Positions 50,750 through 60,934 are shown, numbered from the stretch's first letter. The stretch is 64,000 bases of DNA from an uncultured Holophaga sp. (GCA_963663375.1 OY760195.1:1881613-1945612), one strand, 5' to 3'. Numbers and translations are program-made. Notes: generated by a model not told the origin, from the letters alone.

Positions 50750-52201
50750 TCAGGGAGACGGTGCATCCCCCATATCTCTCAGCAACGGGAAAAAGATCCG
50801 AAACACGCTGCCCTCGCCGCACCTGGATTCGACAGCCACCACTGCGCCGTGCGCATGGATGATGCCCAGCACCACCGGGAGGCCCAAGCCTCGCCCTGCG
50901 AACTTGGTGGTGAAGAAGGGATCGAAGAGTTTCTCGATGTCTGTCACCGGAACGCCTACACCCGTGTCCGCCACCTCGAGACAGGCATATTCGGGGTCCT
51001 GCGCCTGCCAATCGACGGGAAAGCGGTGGACGGTAGGAATGTCGCTCCCCGCACAAATCCGCAGTGCGAGGCGAACACTCCCCTGGCCTTGGCCCGCCGC
51101 CTCCCAAGCATTGGTGACAAGGTTCACGATGGCCTGCTGAACCAGTCCAGGATGGGCGTTGATTACCGGTCCCGGGGTGGGCAGCGCAACCTCGAGGGCC
51201 ACGTTTTCGGGCTGGAAGCACTGGACCGAGACCAGGCTCTCGCGGCAGAGTTCCGATAGGAACCGGGGCTCCAGATGCACCTCTCCCTTCCCGAGATACA
51301 CCAGGAGCAGACGGCTCACTTCCGCGGCCCGTTCGGCGGCCTGCTGGCCACAGGTCAGGCATCTGCTGAAGCTCGCTCCCCGGGGGAGTTCTCCCAGGAG
51401 ATCCAGACTCCCCATCACGATTTGAAGCTGGTTGTTGAAGAGATGGGCGATGGCCCCTGCCATGCGAGCTAGGCTTTCGGATTTCTGGAGCTGGCGGTTT
51501 TCGGCCTCCATCCGGCGGTGTTCGCTCACATCTGCCACCACGAGGTGAACCACACGATTCCCATCATTCTTCCCGACCACCTGGCATTCCAGGAGCGCCC
51601 AGAAGACCGTCGCCCTTCCAGTCAGCATCTGCAGCTCGCAGGCTCGCGGCGATTCGGTTTCTGCTGACTGGCCGCCAAGGCTATCAAAGATCGCTCGATC
51701 CGAAGGCAGGATGAAGCCCGATAGGGGGCGCCCCAGGAGTGCAGCGCGATCCTCACCCAGCAGCGCGGCAAATCGCGGATTCACCTCAGTGATCCGCCCC
51801 TGACCATCCAGGCTGCAATAGCCCACCGGAGCCTGATCGTAGAGGTCCGCGTAGCGGGCCCTGGCCGCCTCCAGATCCAGCTTGGTGCGTGCCAATTCCT
51901 CGTTCCTGAGTTCGAGTTCGGATTGGTGTTGCCGCAATTCACGGAGAATCTTCCCGGTGTCTTCGGGGGAGAGGGATTCACAGAGATCCAGGAGGGCTTC
52001 CACCCGCAGGGCCTCCTCGGTCTTGCCCCGCCGTTCCACGACCACCCCCAGCGCGGTCCCCACCGGCCCCGGAGAAAACAGCAATCGGCCCGCCTCGGCC
52101 AAGCGCCCCGCTGGCGCGTTTCGTCGGCGATCGCGGGTCTGCCTGCGCTCACCCGCCCTTCGGCGGTCGGGGGCTTCGCGCTGGTGGAGGAAGTGGTCCA
52201 T
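50750..52201 (-). CDS. PAS-domain sensor histidine kinase (cytoplasmic)
   Basis: Coiled-coil followed by PAS (YDQAPVGYCSLDGQGRITEVNPRFAALLG), HisKA (AGAIAHLFNNQL) and HATPase (DTGVGVP...GRGLGL). The start is at MDHFLHQ. Confidence 0.7.
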   Translation of the reverse strand: MDHFLHQREAPDRRRAGERRQTRDRRRNAPAGRLAEAGRLLFSPGPVGTALGVVVERRGKTEEALRVEALLDLCESLSPEDTGKILRELRQHQSELELRNEELARTKLDLEAARARYADLYDQAPVGYCSLDGQGRITEVNPRFAALLGEDRAALLGRPLSGFILPSDRAIFDSLGGQSAETESPRACELQMLTGRATVFWALLECQVVGKNDGNRVVHLVVADVSEHRRMEAENRQLQKSESLARMAGAIAHLFNNQLQIVMGSLDLLGELPRGASFSRCLTCGQQAAERAAEVSRLLLVYLGKGEVHLEPRFLSELCRESLVSVQCFQPENVALEVALPTPGPVINAHPGLVQQAIVNLVTNAWEAAGQGQGSVRLALRICAGSDIPTVHRFPVDWQAQDPEYACLEVADTGVGVPVTDIEKLFDPFFTTKFAGRGLGLPVVLGIIHAHGAVVAVESRCGEGSVFRIFFPLLRDMGDAPSP

Positions 52202-52313
52202 GGCACCCTCCGTAACCGCCCAGGCTCGTTCGCGCCCGGATAGAAACCGAAGGGAGCATTTTACGCTCGGAGCCAAATACTTCCCCCAACGAATTCCTGG
52301 ATCCGAAATCTCG

Positions 52314-53057
52314 TCAGGCCAGTCCTTCGACGGCCCTCAGGATCAGGGAGTGCGCCCGTTCCAGGAGCCGCCCGCCCTCCACTCGGTCCACCGGGATCAC
52401 GCCCCGCAGGGCGTTGGCCAGAAAGACGCCCTCCGCCCCTTCCAGATCGCTCCAGGTAAGCGTTGCCTCGGCCACTTGCCCAGCCTCGAGCAGCACCCGC
52501 CGGGCGATGCCGGGCAGGGCGCCATCTTCCACGGGCGGCGTCCAGACACGCCCTCCCAGCACCACGAAGAGCGAGGTGCGCCCACCATCGCAGAGATGGC
52601 CCATCTCGTTCAGAGCGAGTAACTCGAAGAGGCCCCGGCCTTGGGCCTCCTCGGCCAGACGCAGGTTCTCCAGGTAGGAGAGGGTCTTGAAACGATTCAG
52701 GGGATTGCGGCTGAATCGCACGGTCTCCAGGCTGCGTCCCAACCCCACGGAAGCAGGCAAGGCCGGGGGCGAGGGCTCGACGAAGATCCGCAGGAAGCCA
52801 TCGGCGGCGATCAATCGCAGGACACCTCGCCCGATCTTCGCGCACTCGCCATGGGTGCGCAGGAAGGCGCGAACCATAGCCGCCTGGGGCGGAGGCGCCA
52901 TCCCCAGAAACGCGCAGCCCCCGGCCAATCGTTCCAGATGCAGCTCCAGCCAGTGGGCCTCCCCCTCCTGCACCCGGATCGTCTCGAAGAGCCCCCGCCC
53001 GTGGCGGATTCCGCTGGTTCTCAGATCCACCTGAGTGGCGGCGCTCAACTCAAGCAT
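52314..53057 (-). CDS. pabC: Aminodeoxychorismate lyase / class IV aminotransferase
   Basis: Fold-type IV PLP enzyme motifs (GRGLFETI...EVFLANALRGVIPV). The start is at MLELSA, and the gene overlaps the pabB stop. Confidence 0.65.
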   Translation of the reverse strand: MLELSAATQVDLRTSGIRHGRGLFETIRVQEGEAHWLELHLERLAGGCAFLGMAPPPQAAMVRAFLRTHGECAKIGRGVLRLIAADGFLRIFVEPSPPALPASVGLGRSLETVRFSRNPLNRFKTLSYLENLRLAEEAQGRGLFELLALNEMGHLCDGGRTSLFVVLGGRVWTPPVEDGALPGIARRVLLEAGQVAEATLTWSDLEGAEGVFLANALRGVIPVDRVEGGRLLERAHSLILRAVEGLA

Positions 53058-54301
53058 CGGACTAGGCTCCTTCCCTTGTGCAGCGTTTCCTCGTATTCCT
53101 CGCGGGGATCGGAATCCCAGATAATGCCGCCCCCCACCCCGAAGCGCAGCTCGCGGCCAAAGGCCCAGGCCGTGCGAATGGCGATGGCGAATTCCGCCTG
53201 GCGGAGATCCGACCGACACCAGCCCAGGGCCCCCGTGTAGATGCGCCTGGGCATGGATTCCAGCTCACGGATGAGCGCCATGGCAGCGAGTTTGGGACAG
53301 CCGGTGATGGAGCCGCCGGGGAAGGTGGCCCGGAGCAGCGCGTCCAGGGTCACCTCGGACCGCAGGGCCCCCGAGACCTCCGCCACGAGGTGATGCACGT
53401 TGGCGTAGCTTTCGAGCACAGGGAAGACGTCCACCCGTACCGAGGGGACCTGGCAAACCCGGTTCAGATCGTTGCGCAACAGATCCACGATCATGGCCAG
53501 CTCGCTGCGGTTCTTGGCGCTCGCCAGCAGCTGCGAACCCAGGCCCCGATCTTCGTCTTCGGTGCGCCCCCTGGGCGCGGTGCCCTTGATGGGACGGGTA
53601 ATCAGGCGCCCGGCCTCGATGCGCAGGAAGGATTCCGGCGAGGAGGAGACGAGGCTCCACCCGGGACCCGCCACCAGGGCGGAGTAGGGCGCCGGATTGA
53701 GGTCGCAGAGGCGTTGGGCGAAACCGGACAGATCCCCTTCCCAGCGCCACTGTTCCTGACGGGTGAGGTTCACCTGGTACACATTGCCTCGGGCGATCTC
53801 CTCCCGGATGCGCTCGACCTTCGCTTCGTAGCCCCGGCGGTCGTCGCTGTCGCCGATCTTGCGGGCCGCGAAAGCGCCCCTTCCCAAGGCATGAAGACGG
53901 GCCTCGGTGGTGCGCTCGGTTTCACGCTCCGCCGTGTACAGGCGCCCTTCCACGCGGTCATAGAGCCGCACTTGGCGATACAGCACCAGCTGGAAATCCG
54001 GGAGCGGGTCGATAGAGGCCGGAGCGGGCGGCAGCGTCGGATCCAGTCGGTATCCGTACTCGTAGTTCACATGGCCGATGAGATCCGGCTGGATCGGCGG
54101 CAGGGCTCCCCTTCTCTCGAAAAGGAATCCGTCTAGACATGCCCTGTCCAAACAGACCATGGGATCCTCCGCCAGCATGAGCCACCGGCCGCTCCCGTAC
54201 AGGAAGGCGAAGGGACAAGAGGGCAGCTCGGCGAAAAAATCCGAGGTCTCCAGGCGGCGGGCCTCCACCCGCCAGGTTTCAGAAACAGCCCGCGAGTGCA
54301 T
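53045..54301 (-). CDS. pabB: Aminodeoxychorismate synthase component I (chorismate-binding)
   Basis: Chorismate-binding enzyme motifs (FPGGSITGCPK, GGGIIWDSDP). Confidence 0.8.
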   Translation of the reverse strand: MHSRAVSETWRVEARRLETSDFFAELPSCPFAFLYGSGRWLMLAEDPMVCLDRACLDGFLFERRGALPPIQPDLIGHVNYEYGYRLDPTLPPAPASIDPLPDFQLVLYRQVRLYDRVEGRLYTAERETERTTEARLHALGRGAFAARKIGDSDDRRGYEAKVERIREEIARGNVYQVNLTRQEQWRWEGDLSGFAQRLCDLNPAPYSALVAGPGWSLVSSSPESFLRIEAGRLITRPIKGTAPRGRTEDEDRGLGSQLLASAKNRSELAMIVDLLRNDLNRVCQVPSVRVDVFPVLESYANVHHLVAEVSGALRSEVTLDALLRATFPGGSITGCPKLAAMALIRELESMPRRIYTGALGWCRSDLRQAEFAIAIRTAWAFGRELRFGVGGGIIWDSDPREEYEETLHKGRSLVRCLS

Positions 54302-54845
54302 GGCGAAAGATCACGGAACCCTGAGGGGTGAGAAAGGAGTCGGGGTGGAACTGCACCCCGGCGATGGGAAGGTCGCGATGACGGAGGCCCATGACGAGGC
54401 CCTCCTCGCTCCAGGCCGTGGCCTCGAGACAGTCGGGCAGCCGGGTCACCGCGAGACTGTGGTAGCGCCCAGCCTCGAAGGGATCGGGCAAGCCCTCGAA
54501 GAGGCCGCGTCCCTCGTGGCGAATGCGGGAGACTTTTCCGTGCACGGGCACGGGAGCGCGGCCCACAGATCCGCCGAAGGCCAGGGCCAGACACTGGTGA
54601 CCCAGACACACGCCCAGGATCGACAGGCGCCCCGCCAGGGCCTGGATGGCCTCCAGCGAGAGCGTGGCGTCTTCGGGTCGGCCCGGACCGGGACTGATGA
54701 CCAGGAGATCCGTCTCGGCCGCCAGGATCTCGGCCAGGCTCACCTGGTCCCGTCGCAGCACCCGCACCTCGGCTCCCGCCTCCACTAGGCCCTGACGGAC
54801 GTTGTGGGTGAAGGAGTCGAGGTTGTCCAGCAGCAAGGCGCGCAT
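54279..54845 (-). CDS. pabA: Aminodeoxychorismate/anthranilate synthase component II (glutamine amidotransferase)
   Basis: Class I GATase catalytic triad region (GVCLGHQ, HP.S). The gene overlaps pabB. Confidence 0.85.
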   Translation of the reverse strand: MRALLLDNLDSFTHNVRQGLVEAGAEVRVLRRDQVSLAEILAAETDLLVISPGPGRPEDATLSLEAIQALAGRLSILGVCLGHQCLALAFGGSVGRAPVPVHGKVSRIRHEGRGLFEGLPDPFEAGRYHSLAVTRLPDCLEATAWSEEGLVMGLRHRDLPIAGVQFHPDSFLTPQGSVIFRHALAGCF

Positions 54846-54894
54846 CTATCCGGTGTACCGGTTCTGCCGCACTCCGTCAAAGGAAGCCTTCCTG

Positions 54895-56112
54895 CTACCT
54901 CCGCTTCCGCTGCATCTCGGCGATGTCTTTCACGCCCGCGATGGCGGCATCGATGTGGGCCTCGGTATTGAAAGCGCCGATGCCGAAGCGCACGGCGCCG
55001 TGGAGCTTGTCCGTGCCCAGGTGCTCATGGACCATGGGCGTGCAGTGCAGGCCCGTGCGGCAGGCGATGTTGTTGTCCACGTCCAGCATGGTGCCGGTGT
55101 CCATGGCTTCCAGCCCGTCGATGTTGAAGGAGAGCACGCTGATGCGGGGCTTGCCGGTGTCCTCGGCACAGTACATCGTCACGCCCTCAATTCCCGCCAG
55201 GCCGTCCCGCAGCTTCTTCCAGAGCGCCATCTCGTGGCGATGGATGGCCTCGATGCCCAGGCTGCTGACCCACTTCACCCCCGCGTTGAGCCCCGCGATG
55301 CCCGGCAGGTTGGGCGTGCCGTACTCCATGCGGTAGGGGTATTCGTCCAGATGGCTTCGCTGGGCGCTCTTAACGCCGGTGCCGCCGGCGCGGGTGTGGG
55401 CGATCTCCACGCCTTCGCGCACGTACATCCCGCCGATGCCCATGGGGCCCATCAGGCTCTTGTGGCCGGTGAAACACACGATGTCCGCACACAGTTCATC
55501 CATCTTCACGGGCACCATGCCCGCCGTCTGGCTCACATCCAGGATCAACAGGATGCCCTTGGCCCGACAGGCCTTCCCCACCGTGGCCACATCCTGCACG
55601 GTACCGATGACATTGGAGCCATGGTTCATCACCACGGCCTTGGTGTTGGGCTTGAACTTGGAAATGATCTCCTGGGGGTCGACGTAGCCTTGGGCATCGA
55701 AGTCCACCCAGTCCACCTGGGTGCCGTCCTGCTCCAGTTTCCAGAGAGGGCGCAGCGTGGCATTGTGCTCGAGGTGCGTGGTGACGACATGGTCGCCGGG
55801 CTCGATGGTGCCCCAGATGGCCAGGTTCAGGGCATCCGTGGAGTTGTAGCTGAAGACCAGGCGATTGGAATCCGTGCCCCCGAAGAAGGCCGTCAGCAGC
55901 TTGCGGGTTTCATCCACCAGGGTTCCCGCCTCCAGGCAGAGATCGAAGCCGCTGCGCCCAGGGTTCACACCCGCGCTGCGGTAGAAGCTGTCCATGTAGG
56001 CATAGACCTCCGCCGGCTTGGGGAAGGAGGTCGCCCCGTTGTCGAGGTAGATCATCTTCACTTCGGGCGGGATGGGGAGATTGAGGAAGGGGCTGGCAGC
56101 GTTCATGGACAC
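54895..56112 (-). CDS. Class V aminotransferase / cysteine desulfurase-family protein
   Basis: PLP-Lys motif (FTGHKSLMGPMGIGG) and the class V fold. A persulfide-loop Cys candidate is present (CRTGLHC). Confidence 0.7.
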   Translation of the reverse strand: MSMNAASPFLNLPIPPEVKMIYLDNGATSFPKPAEVYAYMDSFYRSAGVNPGRSGFDLCLEAGTLVDETRKLLTAFFGGTDSNRLVFSYNSTDALNLAIWGTIEPGDHVVTTHLEHNATLRPLWKLEQDGTQVDWVDFDAQGYVDPQEIISKFKPNTKAVVMNHGSNVIGTVQDVATVGKACRAKGILLILDVSQTAGMVPVKMDELCADIVCFTGHKSLMGPMGIGGMYVREGVEIAHTRAGGTGVKSAQRSHLDEYPYRMEYGTPNLPGIAGLNAGVKWVSSLGIEAIHRHEMALWKKLRDGLAGIEGVTMYCAEDTGKPRISVLSFNIDGLEAMDTGTMLDVDNNIACRTGLHCTPMVHEHLGTDKLHGAVRFGIGAFNTEAHIDAAIAGVKDIAEMQRKRR

Positions 56113-56293
56113 CTCGGAATGTTGGGAACGAATGACGGGAGGAACTGATGAACCACAGAGGTCACAGAGAAAAGAAAGAGGACAAAGAGAGTAAGAGGGT
56201 CTCTGTTTCTGCTTTTCTCTGTGCTCTCCATTTCTCTGCGCTCTCTGCGGTTCAGTTTTTTGTTGGTTTCGGGCCCAAACGAAAAATGAGCCA

Positions 56294-57619
56294 TCAGGTC
56301 ACGATCGCCTCCGCCACCACCTCGGCGACAGTCTTGATCTGGACCTTCAGCTTGTATTCCTTGTTCAGCTCTGAGAGCTGATCCACGCAGTTGTGGCAGG
56401 GGGTGACCACCACTTCGGCGGCGGTGGCCTTGATCTGGGCTGCCTTGATGCCCCCCGCCTCCAAGCGTCGGGATTTGTAGCGGGCCATGGCCAGCTGCCC
56501 CCCGCCGCCACCGCAGCAGAAGTTGTGCTCGCGGTTGGGCGTCATCTCCACGAAGTTCGCCGCGCTGGCCCGCAGCACTCGCCGCTGGGCCTCGCTGATT
56601 CCGCCGTGGCGCACCAGGTTGCAGGGGTCGTGAAGCGTCACAGGCGCGGGGTTTTTCGTGGGGTCGACTTTTATCCGCCCATCCCGGAGGTACTCGTCCA
56701 TCAGCTCCAGGATGCTCATGACCTTGAACGGATATTCCCGCTGCAGCCACTCCGGGCCTTCCCAGCGGGCTGACGCGAAGCCGTGGCCGCACTCGCCGAT
56801 GACCAGGGTCTCGCAGCCCAGGCGCGCCATGGCATCCACTAGGTTCTGGGTGAGGACGCCGGCCTCCTCGTCCTTGCAGTTGAAGAGGCCGTAGTTGGTG
56901 AGATCCCAGCCGGGATCGGAGGTGAGGGTCCAGTCCTCCTTGGCGGCCCAGAAGACCTTGGCGCTGGCCTGCAGGCTCAAAGGGAAGAACTTGGGTTCCC
57001 GGGGATTCACGGTGAAGAGGATCTTGGCGCCCACCTTGTCCAAGGGCAGCCGCGCCTCGGGATCGCCGGTCTCCATCTGGAGTTCCTCCTCGATCCACTG
57101 CACGGTCTCCACCCAGTCGGTCTTGGCGATGCCCATGTTGTTGCCGTGCTGGAGGGCCATGTCCACCGTGGCCTGGAGATCCGGCGGCGTGAGGCCCATG
57201 GCGCCGAGGGCCGCGCGGGCGGCCCGAAACAACCGAGGCAGGGCGATGCCCACGGTGCAGTTGAGGGAGCAACGCCCACACAGGGAGCAGCGCCCGAACA
57301 CCGCGTCCACCCAGGCCCGGGCCATGTCCTTGTCCAGGGCCTTGGCCCCCACTAATCCTGGGACCAGCTTGCCCATGGTGGTGAACTCGCGCTTGAACAC
57401 CGCGGCGATCTTCTCCAGCTTGGCGGCGGGAACGTTCTCCAGCTCCGGCTGGGCGCGGTAGTAGTGGCAGCTCTCCGCGCAGAGGCCGCAGTGGACACAG
57501 GTATTCAGATAGGACGCATCCGCGGCCCCCAGCTTGGCCCTGAAGACTTCCAGACCGCGCTTGAAGTCCGCTTCCGTGAGCGCCTCCAGGCGGGATTCCA
57601 GTTCATCGTGCTCCGACAT
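56294..57619 (-). CDS. (Fe-S)-binding oxidoreductase with two 4Fe-4S ferredoxin motifs and two CCG domains (HdrD/DsrK/GlpC-like)
   Basis: CVHCGLCAESCHYY and CSLCGRCSLNC ferredoxin clusters. Two Cys-rich CCG domains (HDPCNLVRHGG..., CCGGGGGQLA...TPCHNC). Confidence 0.75.
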   Translation of the reverse strand: MSEHDELESRLEALTEADFKRGLEVFRAKLGAADASYLNTCVHCGLCAESCHYYRAQPELENVPAAKLEKIAAVFKREFTTMGKLVPGLVGAKALDKDMARAWVDAVFGRCSLCGRCSLNCTVGIALPRLFRAARAALGAMGLTPPDLQATVDMALQHGNNMGIAKTDWVETVQWIEEELQMETGDPEARLPLDKVGAKILFTVNPREPKFFPLSLQASAKVFWAAKEDWTLTSDPGWDLTNYGLFNCKDEEAGVLTQNLVDAMARLGCETLVIGECGHGFASARWEGPEWLQREYPFKVMSILELMDEYLRDGRIKVDPTKNPAPVTLHDPCNLVRHGGISEAQRRVLRASAANFVEMTPNREHNFCCGGGGGQLAMARYKSRRLEAGGIKAAQIKATAAEVVVTPCHNCVDQLSELNKEYKLKVQIKTVAEVVAEAIVT

Positions 57620-57628
57620 GGCGGCTCC

Positions 57629-58243
57629 TCAGGCTCGGCCCAGACCCGGCGGGAACACGCCTCGACGCCCGAAGAACGCGCCGGAGTGGTACCGGGTGGA
57701 GAAGAAGAAGACGCAGTGCCGAATCTTTCCCAGGGGCACATAGATCAGGAGCGCGGCGGTTTCCAGCATCCAGGCAGAGACGAGGCCCGGAAAGAAGACC
57801 GCGAGTCCCGCCAGGGCGGCGAAGGCCGTGGCGAGGCCGTTGGAGAGGTAGTCATCGACACAGGAAAGCCCGCGCAGATGAGCTTTGAGGATCCGCTTGA
57901 ACAGCAGCGAGAGGCCACCCAGTGCGCCTCCCAGCGCCAGGACTGCCAGGACCCGGGAGTCGCCCCAGCCCGCCAGGCGCAGCGCCAGCAAGGCAAAGGC
58001 GGCGAAAACCCCCATGTGGTAGAGCATCCCGGCGAGATAGGAGACGGGATTTATCCTCACGCTCTCCTTGGCCTGGGGGGCCATGCCCTTGGTGAAGGCG
58101 TAGCGCACGCCCGCCTGGGCATCCCCGCTGGGGGTCGCGAAGAGGCGTCGCGTGCCGAAGGCCCGGGCGTGGCCAAAGGCCACGACCAGCGCCACCGCGC
58201 ACCAGGCCGCCGCCAGAAGCACCACCACATCAAGGGTGGCCAT
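57629..58243 (-). CDS. NarI-like di-heme cytochrome b membrane subunit (HdrE/DsrM-like)
   Basis: Five TM helices with conserved His residues in TM2 and TM5 (YHMGVF...RYHSGAFF). It lies 9 nt downstream of the CCG Fe-S gene. Confidence 0.55.
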   Translation of the reverse strand: MATLDVVVLLAAAWCAVALVVAFGHARAFGTRRLFATPSGDAQAGVRYAFTKGMAPQAKESVRINPVSYLAGMLYHMGVFAAFALLALRLAGWGDSRVLAVLALGGALGGLSLLFKRILKAHLRGLSCVDDYLSNGLATAFAALAGLAVFFPGLVSAWMLETAALLIYVPLGKIRHCVFFFSTRYHSGAFFGRRGVFPPGLGRA

Positions 58244-58245
58244 GC

Positions 58246-58566
58246 CTACACGCAGCCGTCGGGCTTGGGCAGGCCCGCCAGCTTGCAGGCCCCCTTGGCG
58301 GGTCCGCTGGGGAAGAGATCATAGATGCGCTTGAGGGGAACGCCCGTAGTCTTGCAGATGGAGCGCACCATGGGCGCCGCCTGGTGTTCCTGGAAGTGCT
58401 GACGAATGAAGCGGATCACCGCCCAGTGGTCCTCGCTCAACTCCGCCAGGTTCTCTTCCTTCTGGGCCAGCACCAGGGCGAGCTCCTCGCTCCAGGCACC
58501 CGGGTCCACCAGGAAGCCTTCCTCGTTCAGTTCAATCTGGGTCCCATTGAATTCAAGGGCAGCCAT
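58246..58566 (-). CDS. DsrC/TusE-family sulfur-relay protein
   Basis: The C-terminal arm carries the two conserved Cys (...GACKLAGLPKPDGCV-COOH). The DsrE/DsrC fold helix (WAVIRFIRQHFQEH) is present. The start is at MAALEF. Confidence 0.75.
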   Translation of the reverse strand: MAALEFNGTQIELNEEGFLVDPGAWSEELALVLAQKEENLAELSEDHWAVIRFIRQHFQEHQAAPMVRSICKTTGVPLKRIYDLFPSGPAKGACKLAGLPKPDGCV

Positions 58567-58800
58567 GGCGCCTCCGGCAGAATGGAGAGGGAAGTCCCAC
58601 AGGGGATCATTCAGATTGCATATGCAGAATAATATTCCGTTATGCAGCACCGAAGAGCATAGTCCACTCGGCTTTGTTTCGCAATATCTTCTTATTTCTG
58701 ACGGCTAACGCAGGCCCCAGGGGCCCTTGGGGAGAATCCGCCACCCCGGAATATGTATGTTCACCCCATTCGGGTTTCCCGGGGAGCCGGGAATGAACGT

Positions 58801-59424
58801 TCAGCCTTCCCTTTCGCCCACCATCAGGAATACCGGGAATTCCCGGATTCCTGCGGGAGTCTGCCGCAGCACCACACAGGGCCTGGTGAACCGGATATAC
58901 CCGAAGCCAGCCTCCTGCATCTTCCGGGTCAGGGCTTCGCGATCAAAACCCCTGTGGCCGTCAAAATCCGGCCCGTGGAAGGAGCCGTCCTCGAGGTCCA
59001 GGTCCGCAATGCAGAGTGCGCCCCCGTCCCGCAGCAAGGCATGGAACCGCGCCAGGATCGCGGCGATATCCGGGATGTGATGCAAGGTCATCAGCGTGCA
59101 GATCAGATCGAAGCGGAGCTCCGGGAGCGGCCCCACGCTCAGATCCAAGGCCAGCGAGGTCACGTTGCGAGCGCCGCAGGCAGCAATTTTTTCTTCGAGT
59201 ACCTGCAGCATGCCCCGGGAGGTGTCCGCCAGGGTGAGGTGCGCCACATGGGGCTGCAGCACGAAGCCCAGCAGACCCGTGCCGCATCCATATTCGAGGA
59301 CTTCCCGGTCGGCCAGGGAGCCCACCGCACCTCGGATGGCCTCGGCCACGCGCTGGGCCCGGTCCACCTTGGCGGGATCCGCATCCCAGGTGCGCGCTTT
59401 CTCATCGAACTCATTCATGGTCAT
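58801..59424 (-). CDS. Class I SAM-dependent methyltransferase
   Basis: Motif I VLEYGCGTGLLG and post-I acidic LADTS. The start is the ATG at MTMNEF, which has a gagagg RBS. Confidence 0.6.
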   Translation of the reverse strand: MTMNEFDEKARTWDADPAKVDRAQRVAEAIRGAVGSLADREVLEYGCGTGLLGFVLQPHVAHLTLADTSRGMLQVLEEKIAACGARNVTSLALDLSVGPLPELRFDLICTLMTLHHIPDIAAILARFHALLRDGGALCIADLDLEDGSFHGPDFDGHRGFDREALTRKMQEAGFGYIRFTRPCVVLRQTPAGIREFPVFLMVGEREG

Positions 59425-59450
59425 GCCTCTCTCTGATTCTTCCAGCGGGT

Positions 59451-60542
59451 TCAAAAGGCAGCCGTCAGGCTGAGGCCCAGCCCCATGTCGGCCGTGTTCT
59501 CGTTGTGGGTGATGTTATTGAGGTAGCGGAAGGTCAGGGTGGCGTTCTTCCAGACGGGCCAGTGGAAACCCAGATCGTGCTGGAGGCTGCCCCGATCCAG
59601 TTTCTGGTAGAGCTGGGGCTGCAGGTACCCGCTCTGCGCATAGAGCTGAAGGAAGGGCCGGAAGCGCGGCCATCGGCGGTATTCCCAGGTTCCGTGGGCG
59701 CCCCAACCGTTGCGCATGCCCCCGAATGCGAGCTGATTGTAGGGCGTGCTTCCCGGGGGTCGCCCCACGTAGGCGCCCCCGAAATAGAACACGTGCCGAG
59801 GCGCAGGCTGCCAGCGCCCCGTCAACCCCAGGGAATGATCCCAACCGGAGCGATAAATATCGTAGGTGGTCGTCGTCGGCGGTTTGAGAGTGAACTGCGC
59901 CGAAAGGGACCAGGTGGGACTCTCCAAGAATCGATGCACCACGCCGAGGAGCGAATCCTGGGTCTTGCCGCGAATGGTCTGGTCGCTGTAGAAATCCAGG
60001 TTGCCCCGGGTCATCACCACCAGCGTCAGACGATTCTTGGCGATCCGATCCCGTCCAAACTGCTCGAATCCAAGGGAATGGAAACCCTCGATGACGTTGT
60101 CCAGGTAGCCACCTCCGTGGCTCTGGAAGGGAAGCTCCGCCCAGAGATCCGTATTCGCGGTCAGCCCGTATCGCACCCGCAGCGTGGTGCGGCTGATCTC
60201 CTCGTCGAAGAAGAAGATCACGGGCACCGCGGCGTAATCCGCGGCATGGGCCAGCACGAACTCCCGAGTGAGGGTCACTCGCCCCTGGGCATCCCGGGGC
60301 GCTTGGGTCTTGAATACATCCGAGAATTCAAAGGTATTGGCCCGAATGGTATCCAAGGCCACCCGCCACCGGCCTTGGCCCACCGGAGTCGGGTCCACCG
60401 GCTGATAGGCCAGGGTGGGCAGGTAGAGGGGAAACATCTCCCGCGTGGGAATGGGCCCCATCTCCATGGGCTCCTGGGCCACCAACCGTGGCGCCAGCAG
60501 CGCCGCGAGCACCCCGCGCCCAACCCTTTGTGTCCACTCCAT
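59451..60542 (-). CDS. Outer-membrane beta-barrel protein (hypothetical), signal peptide, C-terminal Phe
   Basis: Signal sequence GVLAALLAPRLVAQ. Alternating amphipathic beta-strands rich in aromatics, and a terminal ...LSLTAAF typical of OMPs. Confidence 0.5.
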   Translation of the reverse strand: MEWTQRVGRGVLAALLAPRLVAQEPMEMGPIPTREMFPLYLPTLAYQPVDPTPVGQGRWRVALDTIRANTFEFSDVFKTQAPRDAQGRVTLTREFVLAHAADYAAVPVIFFFDEEISRTTLRVRYGLTANTDLWAELPFQSHGGGYLDNVIEGFHSLGFEQFGRDRIAKNRLTLVVMTRGNLDFYSDQTIRGKTQDSLLGVVHRFLESPTWSLSAQFTLKPPTTTTYDIYRSGWDHSLGLTGRWQPAPRHVFYFGGAYVGRPPGSTPYNQLAFGGMRNGWGAHGTWEYRRWPRFRPFLQLYAQSGYLQPQLYQKLDRGSLQHDLGFHWPVWKNATLTFRYLNNITHNENTADMGLGLSLTAAF

Positions 60543-60566
60543 GGTGCTTCGCCGTTCTCCGAAAGG

Positions 60567-60926
60567 TCAGAGCACCCGCTGCCAGGGGCCTGCGTTGTAC
60601 ACCTCGACATACCCAGCCTGCTTCAAGAACCGCTGGGCGTAGGCGCTGCGACTTCCAGACGCGCAGCAGAGAATGATGGGTTTGGCCTTGGTCAATTCCC
60701 CCATCCGCTGGGGCAGCTGGTCCAAGGGGATGTTCAGGCTGCCAGGGGCTGAAGCCTGAGCGAATTCACCCGAGGTTCGCACATCCACGATTAGGGCCCC
60801 CTTGGCCTTGAGTTCGTTCATTTCATCCACGCGAATGCCTCCCCTCACCAGGAGTAGGATGCGCCGGAGCACGAAGAGTGCCGCGAAGGCGACAACAACA
60901 TAGAGGATGAGACGGAAGGGATTCAT
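60567..60926 (-). CDS. Membrane-anchored single-domain rhodanese (sulfurtransferase)
   Basis: N-terminal TM helix followed by a rhodanese fold with active-site loop CCASGSRS. The start is at MNPFRL. Confidence 0.7.
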   Translation of the reverse strand: MNPFRLILYVVVAFAALFVLRRILLLVRGGIRVDEMNELKAKGALIVDVRTSGEFAQASAPGSLNIPLDQLPQRMGELTKAKPIILCCASGSRSAYAQRFLKQAGYVEVYNAGPWQRVL

Positions 60927-60934
60927 CTGCAGGC

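Noticed and set aside
54895-56112. Calling the class V aminotransferase a bona fide IscS/SufS cysteine desulfurase
   Set aside because: The PLP-Lys and fold are clear, but the Cys-loop context is ambiguous and there are no iscU/sufE partners, so it is left as a family-level call.
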